From: Rhizobium sp. BK251
GTDB taxonomy: Bacteria > Pseudomonadota > Alphaproteobacteria > Rhizobiales > Rhizobiaceae
DNA length: 32,000 nucleotides
Direction of reading: 5' to 3'
Assembly: GCF_004345245.1 (NCBI RefSeq)
Contig: NZ_SLUQ01000012.1
Coordinates: forward strand, 35,107-67,106
Positions 31,712-32,000 of the stretch are shown here, one piece after another; the first letter of the stretch is position 1, and each line of letters starts with the position of its first letter. The position numbers and the translations under genes are program-made. The notes beneath the pieces were generated by a model that saw only the letters and a list, made by a program, of their open reading frames with translations, did not search any database and was not told the origin of the DNA.

Positions 31712-32000
31712 CGTTGGCCTCCGGCTTCCCGGGAAGATACTCTTCGGGAATGGTGATACGGTATGTAGGATGCAGTTTACCGCCCTTGATGAATGAACGG
31801 TCGCCGCTTCCAAGATCAACGATCGAACGGTCGACATGCTTGAGCCAGGCGTGCTCGTGGCGGTCGGCAAAGACAAAGAAAAGCCTTTTCACCTGGACTT
31901 TGGTGCAGTCGGCCAGAAGCTCGGTGATGCGGCGCGGACGCAGGTTGGTCAGACCCTCGAAGATCGTATCGATGTTGTGAAAGCTTTCGTTATCCGGCAG
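31701..32000 (-). CDS. AbiEi-family antitoxin, C-terminal part (5' end outside the window)
   Basis: The minus-strand frame is open to the window edge: LPDNESFHNIDTIFEGLTNLRPRRITELLADCTKVQVKRLFFVFADRHEHAWLKHVDRSIVDLGSGDRSFIKGGKLHPTYRITIP. This resembles the AbiEi C-terminal domain, and it sits directly 5' of AbiEii. Confidence 0.65.
   Translation of the reverse strand: MPDNESFHNIDTIFEGLTNLRPRRITELLADCTKVQVKRLFFVFADRHEHAWLKHVDRSIVDLGSGDRSFIKGGKLHPTYRITIPEEYLPGKPEANDGP

Noticed and set aside
1-32000. Looked for CRISPR arrays, tRNA/rRNA genes, transposases or IS inverted repeats, and integron features
   Set aside because: I saw no regularly spaced direct repeats, no cloverleaf-like or rRNA-like segments, and no DDE or HUH transposase-like ORFs. 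The only recombinase is the tyrosine recombinase at 20319..21473.

Overview
This window looks like part of a Rhizobiaceae-type repABC plasmid or chromid. All calls come from reading the ORF translations and the DNA by eye; no searches were run, so family names rest on motif recognition.

Layout:
- 1-10.1 kb: ordinary accessory genes. These are an nhaA 3' end, two paralogous disordered coiled-coil proteins, a GFA-family protein, MarR, a receiver-only response regulator, an IalB-like protein, an AhpD/CMD-like protein and a SigJ-like ECF sigma factor. Gene remnants (ClC channel, TerB-like, SDR) are interspersed.
- 10.4-18.3 kb: a visibly less GC-rich, all minus-strand block. It holds (a) an XRE-HTH/ImmA-IrrE metallopeptidase plus a DUF4411 PIN-like pair. 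It also holds (b) a tightly overlapping operon: small HTH protein, HsdM, HsdS, ABC/SMC-type ATPase and an HNH-like (TIGR02646/PtuB-like) protein. No HsdR is present in the window.
- 18.7-21.5 kb: plasmid backbone. This comprises a DUF1612/RHE_PE00001-like HTH protein, a small coupled ORF and a tyrosine recombinase, with a dif/cer-like 11-7-11 inverted repeat in the divergent intergenic region.
- 21.5-26.5 kb: a roughly 5 kb segment bracketed by a similar ~30 bp sequence. It carries one hypothetical gene and a Hachiman-like pair (DUF1837-like HamA plus DExH helicase HamB).
- 26.9-30.6 kb: repA-repB-repC, with an inferred antisense ctRNA region, an AT-rich stretch inside repC and a perfect parS-like palindrome just downstream.
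- 30.8-32.0 kb: an AbiEi/AbiEii toxin-antitoxin pair.

The best candidate for something undescribed is the HsdM-HsdS-ATPase-HNH operon, which looks like type I modification and specificity subunits coupled to a Septu-like effector pair in place of HsdR. Secondary leads:
- the ImmA/DUF4411 pair;
- a 17 bp palindrome (ATATCA-N5-TGATAT) recurring at six start-proximal sites between 3 and 7.7 kb;
- the dif-like site;
- the repeat-bracketed Hachiman segment.

I saw no rRNA, tRNA, CRISPR array or transposase.
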